From Nanobdellota archaeon (GTDB taxonomy: Archaea > Nanobdellota > Nanobdellia > Woesearchaeales > SM23-78): a stretch of DNA of 64,000 nucleotides. The position numbers and the translations under genes are program-made. The notes beneath the pieces are model-generated. The model searched no databases. It was not told the origin of the DNA and was given only the letters and a program-made list of their open reading frames with translations. Below are positions 1 through 9,834 of the stretch, one piece after another. How positions within the stretch are numbered: the first letter of the stretch is position 1; the number at the start of each line of letters is the position of its first letter. The DNA is taken from the NCBI GenBank assembly GCA_018819305.1, contig JAHJQO010000010.1, forward strand, positions 8,429 to 72,428, read 5' to 3'.

Positions 1-561
1 TATAAAACCTGTTAGGCCTTCTCTGCCAAAAACCAGTTCTTTTTTCTTTGTATTATAATATTTTCCAGTTCCATCAACAAACTCAACTTCTTCAACCCAG
101 TCTGCCATTCTCCCCAATGCCTGAGTTTCCTTTGTTGCCATGTTTAACGCAACCATACTTCCAATTGTTTGAACTGGATTTTGAGGTGTTAAAAGAAAGC
201 AGAGTTTAAATTCAGCCAGTTTATCATTCAAATCACTTATTCTCATACCTGATTCGACCTCAATAATTTTATTTTCTACATCAAATTGAGTGATTTTTTT
301 CATTTTTTCAGATGAAACAACAAGTGTATTTTCACCTATTGTGGCATCCACAGAACCAGAGCCAGAGCCTCTAAGAAGCAAAGATGTATGAGTTTGGTTT
401 GCAAATAAAATCAACTTTCTTACTTGTTCTAATGTTTTGGGCCATGCTATTAGCTTTGGTTTTAGTTCTGCTTCAGAACTACAATAACTATATGCATCTA
501 AATCAAGAGGGCTGTCTGAAACATTACCAATACCTAAAATATTTGATAGTCTTTTTTTCAT
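1..561 (-). CDS. FAD-binding oxidoreductase, GlcD/D-lactate dehydrogenase-like (N-terminal part; gene runs off the left edge)
   Basis: Absent from the ORF track because it is truncated. My minus-strand translation from the ATG at 561-559 gives MKKRLSNILGIGNVSDSPLDLDAYSYCS...AWPKTLEQVRKLILFANQTHTSLLLRGSGSGSVDATIG...FGREGLTGFI, a FAD_binding_4-type pattern. It lies directly downstream of a CCG-domain Fe-S partner gene. Confidence 0.65.
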   Translation of the reverse strand, partial: MKKRLSNILGIGNVSDSPLDLDAYSYCSSEAELKPKLIAWPKTLEQVRKLILFANQTHTSLLLRGSGSGSVDATIGENTLVVSSEKMKKITQFDVENKIIEVESGMRISDLNDKLAEFKLCFLLTPQNPVQTIGSMVALNMATKETQALGRMADWVEEVEFVDGTGKYYNTKKKELVFGREGLTGFI

Positions 562-594
562 TTTTCTTGTTTTTCGGATTCCTTGATTTATTTA

Positions 595-1302
595 TTATTC
601 TTCAACCAGTGTTTTGCTGATTTCAATTATTTTCTTTTTTGTTGCGTTTTCTTTCAGATGAGCATAACAATAAGGACATGAAACAATGATTTTATTTGAT
701 TTTAATTGAGACAGTCTTTCTTTTGCAATTTTATCTGCAATTTTCGAGCTGTTCTGCTTGACACCGCCGCCTGCTCCACAGCAAAAAGTACAATCTTTGG
801 ATTTTAATGGCTCTTCTAAATGAAAACCAGTATGTTTAAGAACTTCTCTTGGTTCTTGAAAAATATTATTTTTTCTTGCAAGGATACAAGGATCATGATA
901 AGCTACTTCTTCAGTATTTTCAACAGATATTTTGCGCTTGTTCGCAGCCAATGTCTGAAGTGTGTGTTCCACATTCAAACCATATTTATGCTTAAATATG
1001 TCATAACAATGAGGACAATTCGTAATGATTTTTGTTATTTTATTTTGTTTGAGAATTCCTAGGTTTTTTTCTTTTATTTCATTGAAATCCTTTTCATAAC
1101 CTGCGTTTAGCAAAGGAGAACCACAACAAACTAAATCATTAATAGTAACAAAATCAATGCCTAAATCAACCAATATTGCCTTATAATCTTCAAAGACCTC
1201 TTTTAAGGCATATTGAGTCATACATCCAGGATAATACAAGATGTTTTCTGGCTTTAATCCAGAAACTGCTGTTTTGATTTTATGAAAAAAAGTACTTGGC
1301 AT
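595..1302 (-). CDS. Cysteine-rich CCG-domain Fe-S oxidoreductase (HdrB/GlcF/LutA-like)
   Basis: Two CCG motifs (DLVCCGSPLL, TFCCGAGGGV) plus YYPGC, NCPHC, HDPC and SCPYC, the duplicated CCG-domain layout of HdrB/GlcF-type proteins. Paired with the FAD enzyme gene downstream. Confidence 0.75.
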   Translation of the reverse strand: MPSTFFHKIKTAVSGLKPENILYYPGCMTQYALKEVFEDYKAILVDLGIDFVTINDLVCCGSPLLNAGYEKDFNEIKEKNLGILKQNKITKIITNCPHCYDIFKHKYGLNVEHTLQTLAANKRKISVENTEEVAYHDPCILARKNNIFQEPREVLKHTGFHLEEPLKSKDCTFCCGAGGGVKQNSSKIADKIAKERLSQLKSNKIIVSCPYCYAHLKENATKKKIIEISKTLVEE

Positions 1303-1386
1303 TTATAACCACCTGAGAATAAGGAAAGAAGGTGTGGTTTTAATAGGTATTGATTTTTTAATTCTATATCTATCTAGTGGATTAAA

Positions 1387-1421
1387 CCCAGAAGACCTCA
1401 GAAAAACGAGGTCTTCCTGGG
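1387..1421 (-). terminator. Near-perfect 13-bp stem hairpin between the TrmB stop and the next gene
   Basis: cccagaagacctc-agaaaaac-gaggtcttcctggg read directly. It sits 40 nt downstream of the TrmB stop on the minus strand. No clean oligo-T tract follows, so the function is uncertain. Confidence 0.3.
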
Positions 1422-1460
1422 AAAAAGAGGTGAGTGAATATGAACATTTTCCAAGTAAAA

Positions 1461-2270
1461 TTATACAGTTAAATTACAGTGATCCATGATTTTTCCTATA
1501 GTTGATGCAAATAAAGGTGTGTTTACCCAAATAGCCACATCATAAGAGGGATGAATTTTAGAGTCCTCAACCAACATAAATAACAATTCCTTATTATCTA
1601 CAATACAAAACCTGCCGTTATGTCCTTTAATATTACTTACTGTAGATACCTTTTTTAGTTCTTTTACTTCTTCTTGGGATTTGTTAGTTAAAGGAGCAAG
1701 AAATTTAACACTAACGCCTTTATCTTTTAGTTTTTTTAAGGTTTTACCTAGGGCTTTTTGTTTTCTTATAAGTCCATCTTCAGAAGTCATAAGAACAACT
1801 GATTTTGAAGCTCCTTTCAACATAGAATTTAAGTGATTATATATTTGATTTCTGCCTTTTATTACACCTGTAAGTTCAGCAGGATTTATCATATCAATGC
1901 CTTGAGAATGAAGTGTGTTAAGTTCTTTTAAAACATCAGAATTTCTTAGTTCATCAAGGGTTTTGGTTTGTTCATTTGCTTGAAGAGATATTCGTTTTTT
2001 TACCCTTTCGACAACTTCTTCTGGAGCAAGAGCAATATATTTTATTGGCTTACCAATTTTCATTATAACAAATCCTTTCTTTTCAAGGCTTTCTAAAATA
2101 TCATAACTTCTGCTTCTAGGTACGCCTGCTATATCGCTAAGTTCACCTGCAGTAGAAACACCTCTTGAAAGAAGGGCTGTCCATATTTTTGCTTCATAAC
2201 TGTTAAGACCAAAGTCTCTTATTCGTTTTAAAAAGGATTCTTGTACAATCATTTTTTTATTCCCCCTCAA
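1461..2270 (-). CDS. trmB: TrmB-family transcriptional regulator
   Basis: N-terminal wHTH LNSYEAKIWTALLSRGVSTAGELSDIAGVPRSRSYDILESLEKKGFV with a long C-terminal effector domain, the typical archaeal TrmB layout. Confidence 0.8.
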   Translation of the reverse strand: MRGNKKMIVQESFLKRIRDFGLNSYEAKIWTALLSRGVSTAGELSDIAGVPRSRSYDILESLEKKGFVIMKIGKPIKYIALAPEEVVERVKKRISLQANEQTKTLDELRNSDVLKELNTLHSQGIDMINPAELTGVIKGRNQIYNHLNSMLKGASKSVVLMTSEDGLIRKQKALGKTLKKLKDKGVSVKFLAPLTNKSQEEVKELKKVSTVSNIKGHNGRFCIVDNKELLFMLVEDSKIHPSYDVAIWVNTPLFASTIGKIMDHCNLTV

Positions 2271-2377
2271 GCAATTTAACTAATAACTATCATTTAGTAG
2301 GAAAATTAGAAAATATATTTTATTTATAAATCTTTCGATTTAGTTGTTATTCTACAGTGATAAAAACTAATTTTTTA

Positions 2378-2404
2378 CCCACTCCCTATGTTTTCGACTG
2401 GAAC
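2378..2404 (-). promoter_or_regulatory. Origin recognition box ORB-1 (Orc1/Cdc6 binding-site type)
   Basis: The reverse complement reads gtTCCAgtcGAAAacataGGGAGTGGG. This fits the pattern TCCA-N3-GAAA-N5-G-string shared by all four full boxes in this window. Confidence 0.6.
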
Positions 2405-2510
2405 TTGAAATCAATGTGAAATAGGAGTAATCAAAGTAAAATTTGAGTGATTTCATAATTGTTTATTTATTCTTAGTTAATTCTTGGTTATTTCATTGCT
2501 TTCTTCAGCA

Positions 2511-2757
2511 AAATCATTATTATGTTATTATATCATCTTATTATATTATATATTATTATATATAATATATTTATTATAATATAATATTTTCTATATAGAA
2601 ATCAATTATTATTAAAATAAAAAAATCAAACACAATTTATTTTAAAATAAATAAATTTAGTATTAAATGATTAATTTTAATATTAAATAAAAACACTTTA
2701 ACATAAAAACTCAATCTAATTTTTTTCATTCAAACCAATTTTTTCCTTCAAAAAAAA
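2511..2757. other. Duplex unwinding element of oriC (almost pure A/T)
   Basis: About 250 bp with very few G/C bases, made of short ATTATA/TATAAT runs. It lies exactly between the inverted ORB-1 and ORB-2 boxes and upstream of orc1/cdc6. Confidence 0.6.
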
Positions 2758-2783
2758 CTCCATACGAAATCCAGGTGAGGGGG
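2758..2783 (+). promoter_or_regulatory. Origin recognition box ORB-2 (inverted relative to ORB-1)
   Basis: cTCCAtacGAAAtccagGTGAGGGGG on the plus strand; same TCCA-N3-GAAA-N5-G-string pattern. Confidence 0.55.
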
Positions 2784-2829
2784 TTTAATTTCTTATTATA
2801 TATTGGTTTATATATTTTAATTAATATAT

Positions 2830-2840
2830 TCTATAGGAAA
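2830..2840 (+). promoter_or_regulatory. Possible mini-ORB (no G-string)
   Basis: TCTAtagGAAA, one mismatch from the TCCA-N3-GAAA core. Confidence 0.25.
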
Positions 2841-2876
2841 GCAAACTTTATAAACCTTGGTTTCTTTTGGAAATTT

Positions 2877-2887
2877 TCTCGACTGGA
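2877..2887 (-). promoter_or_regulatory. Possible mini-ORB (no G-string)
   Basis: The reverse complement is TCCAgtcGAGA, with the same gtc spacer as ORB-1. The adjacent ggtgggtg on the plus strand is more simply the Shine-Dalgarno sequence of orc1. Confidence 0.3.
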
Positions 2888-2904
2888 AGAATTAGGTGGG
2901 TGTG

Positions 2905-4113
2905 ATGAAAAAAGAAGAAAATAACATATTTGAACAATTTTTAAAAAAAGAATCTCTTTTTAAAGATAAAAAAGTTCTCCAATCAGGATACATTCCTGAC
3001 GAAATAAACCACAGAGATGAGCAAATAACACAAATAGCAAACATTCTTGCGCCTGCTCTCAGAATGGAAAAGCCTTCTAATGTATTTATTTATGGAAAAA
3101 CAGGCACAGGTAAAACATTATCTGTGCGGTATCTTGCTGAACAAATGAAGACTTTAGCATATAATAAGAAAATTTCTTTGAAAATAATATATGCTAACTG
3201 CAAATTAAAGAAAATTGCAGACACAGAATACAGGTTGATTGCACAATTAGCAAGAGAATTTGGAAAAGAAATACCACCCACAGGTCTTCCAACTGATGAA
3301 GTATATAACATTTTTTTTCAGGCATTAGAAGAAGAAAAAGGAACAATTATTTTTATTTTAGATGAAATTGATCAATTAATAAAAAAGGCAGGTGATGAAA
3401 TCATATATAATCTAACCAGAATTAATTCTGAGTTAAAAGAGTCGCAAACAACACTTGTTGGTATAAGTAATGATTTGATTTTTTCAAATAATCTAGATCC
3501 TAGAGTCAAGAGTTCTTTGAGTGAAGAAGAAGTAATTTTTCCTCCTTACAATGCTGTTCAGCTTCAAAATATTTTGAAAAGAAGAGCAAAAGAAGCTTTT
3601 AAAGATGGTGTTTTAGGTGAAGGAGTTCTTCAGAAATGCGCAGCTTATGCAGCCAGAGAACACGGTGACGCAAGAAGAGCATTAGAGCTTCTTAGAGTAG
3701 CAGGAGAATTGGCTGAAAGAAAAGGACATAATATAATAACAATGAATAATATTGATGAAGCAGAAAACATAATTGAAAAAGACAGAGTTTTAGAACTAAT
3801 AAAAAATCAACCTAAACAATTTCAGGCAACTCTTTACTCAATTATTATTAACAAAAACAATTCAAAAAACAAATTTATTCAAACAGGAGATGTTTATGAT
3901 ACTTATAGACAATTTTGTGGAAAAATAGGTTTAAGACCTTTGACTCAGAGAAGAATATCAGATATAATTGCAGAACTTGACATGATGGGTATTATTAACG
4001 CTAAAGTCATATCTAAAGGCAGATTTGGAAGAACCAGAGATATAAATCTAATTTTGCCTGTTTCTATTGAATTAAAAATTAAGAAGATTTTAGAAGATGA
4101 TTTGTTTGGATAG
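2905..4113 (+). CDS. cdc6: Orc1/Cdc6 replication initiator
   Basis: AAA+ Walker A GKTGTGKT, Walker B ILDEID, sensor region and C-terminal winged helix (RPLTQRRISDIIAELDMMGII). The ORF opens at GTG 2896, but ATG 2905 has aGGTGG 6 nt upstream. Confidence 0.9.
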   Translation: MKKEENNIFEQFLKKESLFKDKKVLQSGYIPDEINHRDEQITQIANILAPALRMEKPSNVFIYGKTGTGKTLSVRYLAEQMKTLAYNKKISLKIIYANCKLKKIADTEYRLIAQLAREFGKEIPPTGLPTDEVYNIFFQALEEEKGTIIFILDEIDQLIKKAGDEIIYNLTRINSELKESQTTLVGISNDLIFSNNLDPRVKSSLSEEEVIFPPYNAVQLQNILKRRAKEAFKDGVLGEGVLQKCAAYAAREHGDARRALELLRVAGELAERKGHNIITMNNIDEAENIIEKDRVLELIKNQPKQFQATLYSIIINKNNSKNKFIQTGDVYDTYRQFCGKIGLRPLTQRRISDIIAELDMMGIINAKVISKGRFGRTRDINLILPVSIELKIKKILEDDLFG

Positions 4114-4141
4114 ATGTTAAAACATTTTTTGGAAAAACAAA

Positions 4142-5671
4142 ATGAATTTAATTAACTCTTTTTTAAAAAAAGGTATTCTTGTAAGCTCAGAAGTAACAAA
4201 AAATCCACAACTTTTGAAAAAACTTTCTGATATTCAAGACAATGAGTTAAAAGGTGTTTTTGTAATTGACAGAGCGTTTTTAGAAAAAGTACTGCCAAAA
4301 AAAGAAAAAGATAATAAGGATAAACAACAAATATCAGGCACGAATATAGAAAAAAAACAAGAGGACAAAACAAATATTCAAACATCAGATTTGAATGCTG
4401 GGTCTCAAGTCCAAATTCTCTCTTCTTATAACAAACCACCAGGAAAAATATGTTTTAATGATTTTGTCGCGCATTTTAACAGGCGGTTTGAAACATTATC
4501 TTCTTTTTTAAGGCAAAGACAAGAATTTCAAAATGTAACGAGCATCAATAGAGTGAAGAATAAAAATGATAGAGGAAGCGTCACGCTTATAGGATTGGTT
4601 TATGAAAAAACAATAACAAAAAACAAACACATCATGCTGACTTTAGAGGACCCTACAGGAACAATAAAAGTTCTTGTTTCAAACACAAAAAAAGAAATGT
4701 GTGATTTTGCAAAAGACATAGTTCTTGATGAACTCATTGGGATAGAGGGTGTGTCGGGAGGAGAGCTGATTTTTGCAAATCAGATTTTTATTCCTGATGT
4801 TCCTCTTCTAAAAGAATTGAAAAAAAGTCCTGAAGAAGAATATTTTGCAGTGCTTGGGGACCCACATTTTGGATCAAAGGCTTTTTTGAAAAAAGAATTT
4901 GAAAATTTTTTAGAGTGGATGAATCAGAAAAAAGGAAGTCCTGAACAAAGAGAAATCGCATCAAAAATCAAATATCTTATACTTGTGGGTGATTTAGTAG
5001 AAGGTGTTGGTGTCTATCCCAATCAGGAAAAAGACCTTGATATTAAAGATGTGGAAGAGCAGTATGATCTTTTTGCCAACTATTTGAAAAAAATTCCCTC
5101 TCATATAAAAATAATTATTTGTCCTGGCAATCATGATATAGGAAGAATTGCAGAGCCACAACTCCCTATAATTCATAAATATGCGCAAAAACTCCAAGAG
5201 TTTCCTAATGTTCTTTTGCTTAGCAATCCTGCTATGATTAACATTGGTGCGACAAATGATTTTCCTGGGTTTGATGTATTAATTTATCACGGATATTCTT
5301 TTATTTACTATGCAAACAATATTGAAAGTATACGAGTCCAAGGAGGTCAGAAAAAACCAGAGTTAATTATGAAATTTTTGCTTCAGAGAAGGCATTTGGC
5401 ACCTACACACACATCGAATCTATATGTTCCAGATGCTGAGGCAGATCCTATGGTTATAAACAAAATACCTGATTTTTTTTTAACAGGACACATACACAGA
5501 GTGAGTGTTAACAATTATAAAAACATCACACTAATCAATGCATCTTGCTGGACTGATATTACAGAAGACCAGGAAAAAAGAGGTCTTGAACCTCAGCCAG
5601 CCAAGATACCTGTTGTTAATCTTAAGACAAGAGAGGTCAAGATCATAAATTTTTATAAAGAAGGTGATTAA
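4142..5671 (+). CDS. polB: DNA polymerase II (PolD) small subunit DP1
   Basis: OB-fold segment followed by calcineurin-like phosphoesterase motifs GDPHFG, GDLVEG, GNHD and GHIH, the DP1 layout. Positioned between orc1 and DP2 as in Pyrococcus. Confidence 0.9.
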   Translation: MNLINSFLKKGILVSSEVTKNPQLLKKLSDIQDNELKGVFVIDRAFLEKVLPKKEKDNKDKQQISGTNIEKKQEDKTNIQTSDLNAGSQVQILSSYNKPPGKICFNDFVAHFNRRFETLSSFLRQRQEFQNVTSINRVKNKNDRGSVTLIGLVYEKTITKNKHIMLTLEDPTGTIKVLVSNTKKEMCDFAKDIVLDELIGIEGVSGGELIFANQIFIPDVPLLKELKKSPEEEYFAVLGDPHFGSKAFLKKEFENFLEWMNQKKGSPEQREIASKIKYLILVGDLVEGVGVYPNQEKDLDIKDVEEQYDLFANYLKKIPSHIKIIICPGNHDIGRIAEPQLPIIHKYAQKLQEFPNVLLLSNPAMINIGATNDFPGFDVLIYHGYSFIYYANNIESIRVQGGQKKPELIMKFLLQRRHLAPTHTSNLYVPDAEADPMVINKIPDFFLTGHIHRVSVNNYKNITLINASCWTDITEDQEKRGLEPQPAKIPVVNLKTREVKIINFYKEGD

Positions 5672-8600
5672 TAGATTGAAAAAATATTTTGATAAATTAG
5701 AAAAAGAAACCCACGCGGCATATAAAATTGCCTTAAAGGCACGAAGCCAAGGCTATGATCCTGAACTTAAACCAGAGATTGTTTTAGCTAAGAACCTGGC
5801 TGAGAGAGTAATTGGTTTAATAAGTGTTGTTGCTCCCCAGATTGCCGATTCTGGCGCAATTAAAAGAATAGCAGAGCTTGAACAAAAATATGGTTCTCAG
5901 GATTGGAGAGTTGCATTTAAGATTTCATTAGAAGTAGCCCAAGAAAAGTTTTGCAAGTTTCAGGACAAAAGAGAAGCCATGGAAGTTGGAATAAGAACAG
6001 GATTTGCTTATGTAACAGTAGGTGCTGTTTCTGCGCCGTTAGAAGGGTTTACAAAGCTTGAATTAAAGCCCAGGAATGATGGAGGCGGAGAATATTTTTG
6101 CCTTTATTTTTCAGGCCCTGTAAGAGCTGCAGGAGGCACATCAGGAGCAATATGTGTTTTGATTGCAGATTATGTTAGAAAACAATTAGGATATGCTGAA
6201 TATGACCCCACAGATAAGGAAATTCAGCGTTGTTATGCAGAAATTAGTGATTATCATGAGTATATTACAAATCTGCAGTATTATCCTTCAAAAGAAGAAA
6301 CTGATTTTTTAGTTGCTAATGTGCCTGTAGAAATTTCTGGTGATCCTTCTGAAAAATATGAAGTATCTAATGTGAACCTCAAAGACCTGCCGAGAGTGCC
6401 TATGAACCGGCTTCGAAATGGTTATTGCTTAATTTACAGCTCTATGCTGCCTTTGAAAGCCCCTAAAATATGGGGTAAAATTAGTAGATGGGGTGAGGAG
6501 ATAGATGTATCTCGCTGGAGTTTCTTAGAGGAATTCCTTCTAATACAAAAAAAATCAAAAGCTCGTGAAAAACCAAAAAAAGCATCAGATAAAGAGAGTA
6601 CTGATGAAAAAAAAGACGAATCAAAAATAAAGCCTGATTACACATATATTTCTGATTTAGTTGCAGGAAGGCCTGTTTTTGGTCATCCTTTGGCAAATGG
6701 TGCATTTCGGCTTAGATATGGAAGATCCAGAATGTCAGGATTCTCAGCTCAAAGCATTCATCCAGCAACAATGCATATTCTTGACGATTTTATTGCGATT
6801 GCAACGCAGGTGAAAGTAGAGCGGCCTGGAAAAGCAACCGCATTCACATCTTGCGATTCAATAGATGGTCCTATTGTTAAGTTAGAAGATGGTTCAGTAA
6901 CATATGTTTCATCAGAAAGACAAGCCAAACAGCTTAAAAGCCAGGTTGAAGAAATACTTTATTTAGGTGATGTTTTGATAAATTATGGTGATTTTTTTGA
7001 CAGAGCACATCCTCTTTTACCTGCAGGCTATGTTCCTGAGGAATGGATATTAGAGCTGGAGAAGAAATGTGTTAAAACATTTGGCACTTTTGATATGGAA
7101 AAAATCACTGAGCTTATTGATATTAGCGCTGAGAAAATGGGTTTATTGTTTAGCAACCCCTTTTCAACAAAAATTTCTTTTTATGCTGCCAGACAAATAA
7201 GCCAGCGGTTAAATGTTCCTTTGCATCCGCAGCACATATTCTTCTGGGATTCAATCACTATTCTGCAACTTAAAGAATTAATTGACTGGATGGCAGCTCA
7301 TGCAAAAATTGAAGCAGAAGGCAAAGAGTTCAAAATAATTATACCTAAAGCCAAAGAAAAAAGATATTTAGAACTCATTGGAGTACCTCATTTGTTTGTT
7401 AACAATGAGTTTATTGTGATTGAAAATGAAATCGCTAAAGCATTGCTTGGGAATATGGGTGTTGAAAAACAAGAGGATTTTGCTGAGAAATTAATTCTTC
7501 TGAATTCTTTATACAAAACTTCTGAGAAAACTAAAGACAAAACCAAAACAGCTCTTGAAGCAATTCATAACCTTTGTGAAATAAAAATAAGAGATAAATG
7601 CGGTGTTTTTATTGGCTCCAGAATGGGCAGGCCGGAAAAGGCAAAAATGAGAAAACTTACAGGCAGTCCGCATGTTTTATTTCCTGTCGGCAAAGAAGGT
7701 GGAAAATTTCGTTCGTTCCAGGCTGCTCTTGAAAAAGGTGAAATTAATTCTCAGTTCAAACCATTTTACTGCAAGAAGTGTCAGAGAGAAACTGTTTTTA
7801 GTGTGTGTGAAGTTTGTAATAAAACCACAGAAAAAATGAATTATTGCAAGGAATGCGGCCTTGTAAAAGATTGCCCTCATAAACCTTATCCTTATAAGAA
7901 CATAAAAGTCAATATTAAAGAAATTTTTCCTTTGATTTTAAAACGTATGGGTACTAATATTTTTCCTGATTTAATTAAAGGAGTGCGAGGCACTAGCAAC
8001 AGAGACCATATTCCTGAACATTTAATTAAAGGGATTATAAGGGCAAAACATCGTCTTTGTGTGAATAAAGATGGAACCATTAGATATGATTGCTCTGAAA
8101 TTCCTATAACTCATTTCAAGCCAAAAGAAGCAGAGGTGTCTGTTGTGAAATTAATAGAATTAGGTTATGAAAAAGATATCAAAGGCCGTCCTTTGCAGTC
8201 AGATGAACAAATTCTTGAGTTAAAGCCTCAGGATATTCTAATTCCCTGCAGTCCTGTTTCTCCTGAAGAACCCGCAAATGAAATATTATTTCGAACAGCA
8301 TGCTTTGTGGATGAACTACTGGAAAAACTTTATGGCTTGAAAAAATATTACAACCTCAAATCAAAACAAGATTTAATTGGACATTTGACAATTGGTCTTG
8401 CACCGCACACTTCTGCAGGCATTCTCTGCCGAATCATAGGGTTTTCAAAATCACAAGGTTTTGTTGCGCATCCTTATGTTCATGCAGCCATGAGACGTGA
8501 TTGTGATGGTGATGAAGGATGTATTTTGCTTCTCATGGATGCGCTGCTGAATTTCTCTAAAAAATACCTGCCTGAAACCAGAGGAAGCACAATGGATGCA

Positions 8601-9263
8601 CCTCTTGTCTTAACATACCTGCTAAACCCTTCTGAAGTAGATGACATGGTATTTAACATGGATATTGCATGGAAATATCCCTTAGAATTCTATGAAGCTT
8701 GTCAGCAGTATAAAATGCCATGGGAAGTGAAAATTCCTCAAGTAAGTCATGTTCTTGGTTTGCCAAGTGAATATCAAGGAATGGGATTTACCCATGATAC
8801 AACAGATATAAATCAAGGCGTGCTTTGTTCTGCATATAAACTCCTTCCGAGCATGGAGGAAAAATTAAAAGGCCAGATGCGCCTGGCGGAAAAAATAAGA
8901 GCTGTAAACACATCAGATGTTGCAAGGCTTGTGATTGACAAGCATTTTATGAAAGATACAAAAGGTAACCTAAGAAAATTTTCTCAGCAGGAATTCAGAT
9001 GTGTTAATTGCAATGAAAAATTCAGAAGACCGCCGCTTATTGGAAAATGCACTGCGTGCAATGGTAAAATAATATTTACTGTTTCAGAAGGTTTTGTTGT
9101 CAAATATCTTGAGCTTAGCATTAAGCTCGCAGAGAAATATGATGTTCCAGTTTATGTCAAGCAATCATTAGAGCTTCTAAAATTGAGAGTTGAAAGTGTA
9201 TTTGGCAAGGAAAAAGAAAGACAAGAAGCTTTAGGAGCTTGGTTGAGTCCAACTCCAACTTAA
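5664..9263 (+). CDS. polC: DNA polymerase II (PolD) large subunit DP2
   Basis: 1199 aa with the catalytic segment HAAMRRDCDGDE and Cys4 zinc modules (CKKCQRET..CEVCNK; CVNCNEKF..CTACNG). The GTG start overlaps the DP1 stop. No intein was seen. Confidence 0.9.
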   Translation: MINRLKKYFDKLEKETHAAYKIALKARSQGYDPELKPEIVLAKNLAERVIGLISVVAPQIADSGAIKRIAELEQKYGSQDWRVAFKISLEVAQEKFCKFQDKREAMEVGIRTGFAYVTVGAVSAPLEGFTKLELKPRNDGGGEYFCLYFSGPVRAAGGTSGAICVLIADYVRKQLGYAEYDPTDKEIQRCYAEISDYHEYITNLQYYPSKEETDFLVANVPVEISGDPSEKYEVSNVNLKDLPRVPMNRLRNGYCLIYSSMLPLKAPKIWGKISRWGEEIDVSRWSFLEEFLLIQKKSKAREKPKKASDKESTDEKKDESKIKPDYTYISDLVAGRPVFGHPLANGAFRLRYGRSRMSGFSAQSIHPATMHILDDFIAIATQVKVERPGKATAFTSCDSIDGPIVKLEDGSVTYVSSERQAKQLKSQVEEILYLGDVLINYGDFFDRAHPLLPAGYVPEEWILELEKKCVKTFGTFDMEKITELIDISAEKMGLLFSNPFSTKISFYAARQISQRLNVPLHPQHIFFWDSITILQLKELIDWMAAHAKIEAEGKEFKIIIPKAKEKRYLELIGVPHLFVNNEFIVIENEIAKALLGNMGVEKQEDFAEKLILLNSLYKTSEKTKDKTKTALEAIHNLCEIKIRDKCGVFIGSRMGRPEKAKMRKLTGSPHVLFPVGKEGGKFRSFQAALEKGEINSQFKPFYCKKCQRETVFSVCEVCNKTTEKMNYCKECGLVKDCPHKPYPYKNIKVNIKEIFPLILKRMGTNIFPDLIKGVRGTSNRDHIPEHLIKGIIRAKHRLCVNKDGTIRYDCSEIPITHFKPKEAEVSVVKLIELGYEKDIKGRPLQSDEQILELKPQDILIPCSPVSPEEPANEILFRTACFVDELLEKLYGLKKYYNLKSKQDLIGHLTIGLAPHTSAGILCRIIGFSKSQGFVAHPYVHAAMRRDCDGDEGCILLLMDALLNFSKKYLPETRGSTMDAPLVLTYLLNPSEVDDMVFNMDIAWKYPLEFYEACQQYKMPWEVKIPQVSHVLGLPSEYQGMGFTHDTTDINQGVLCSAYKLLPSMEEKLKGQMRLAEKIRAVNTSDVARLVIDKHFMKDTKGNLRKFSQQEFRCVNCNEKFRRPPLIGKCTACNGKIIFTVSEGFVVKYLELSIKLAEKYDVPVYVKQSLELLKLRVESVFGKEKERQEALGAWLSPTPT

Positions 9264-9302
9264 AATTCATAATTATATTTCTTTTAGAAAATTTAGAAAA
9301 AA

Positions 9303-9713
9303 TTATACTTTTGAAAAAACAGAATATCTTGCACCGCACGCTTGGCATTTAATAAAATAAACATTACCTTCTTTGGTCATCTTTGTGTCGGGTTTGCCGC
9401 ATTCTCTGCAAACAACAAACGTATCAGCATATTTTTGTATTTTTTCATTGATTCTGCTTGCAGGAATTTTTGTTCCAAGCAAAACAAATTGTTTTTTTAT
9501 ATCTCCTGGTGAAGCCAGTTCTTTTAGAACAAATTTCAGCATGTGTTCTGGTTTTCTACCCAGATGCTGTGCAATCTGAAGAAAATTACTGATAATGGTT
9601 TTGTTACCTTGAATGTGACCTCTTACTTTTGGAATGTTGAATCTTTCAGAGCTCTTGCTGGTTTCAGGCAATTCTTTTTTTCCTCTATCCAACAATGATT
9701 CATAATCTGTCAT
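9303..9713 (-). CDS. eif2b: Translation initiation factor aIF2 beta subunit
   Basis: 136 aa with the C-terminal zinc ribbon CRECGKPDT...CQACGA and a conserved central helix-turn segment. Confidence 0.85.
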   Translation of the reverse strand: MTDYESLLDRGKKELPETSKSSERFNIPKVRGHIQGNKTIISNFLQIAQHLGRKPEHMLKFVLKELASPGDIKKQFVLLGTKIPASRINEKIQKYADTFVVCRECGKPDTKMTKEGNVYFIKCQACGARYSVFSKV

Positions 9714-9834
9714 TCTTTTTGAGAAGAAATCAGTATTTTATAAAATCTTTGATTCCTTCTTTATTTTTCCCTAAATTTCTTTTTTTGTTTTTCTTCCAAA
9801 AGGTTTATAAATATGAAATAAGGAGAATAAGCAT

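Noticed and set aside
384-620. 78-aa plus-strand ORF.
   Set aside because: Antisense to the truncated FAD-oxidoreductase gene (1-561), whose translation has clear family motifs. The ORF itself is a hydrophobic low-complexity artefact of AT-rich sequence.
2520-2600. Short repeated ATTATA/TATAAT units that superficially look like a repeat array.
   Set aside because: There is no regular repeat-spacer periodicity and no unique spacers. It is simple A/T low complexity, consistent with an origin unwinding element rather than a CRISPR array or satellite.
2891-2902. G-rich string ggtgggtg after the box at 2877, which might be the G-string of a third full ORB.
   Set aside because: The TCCA-N3-GA(A/G)A core here is on the opposite strand, so the G-run is on the wrong side of it. 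It is positioned as the Shine-Dalgarno sequence for ATG 2905.
5664-9263. Possible intein in the PolD large subunit, a frequent intein host.
   Set aside because: The 1199-aa length is ordinary, and the catalytic region reads continuously (HAAMRRDCDGDEGCILL) with no Cys/Ser...HN boundary pair. The only atypical stretch is a short K/E-rich linker.
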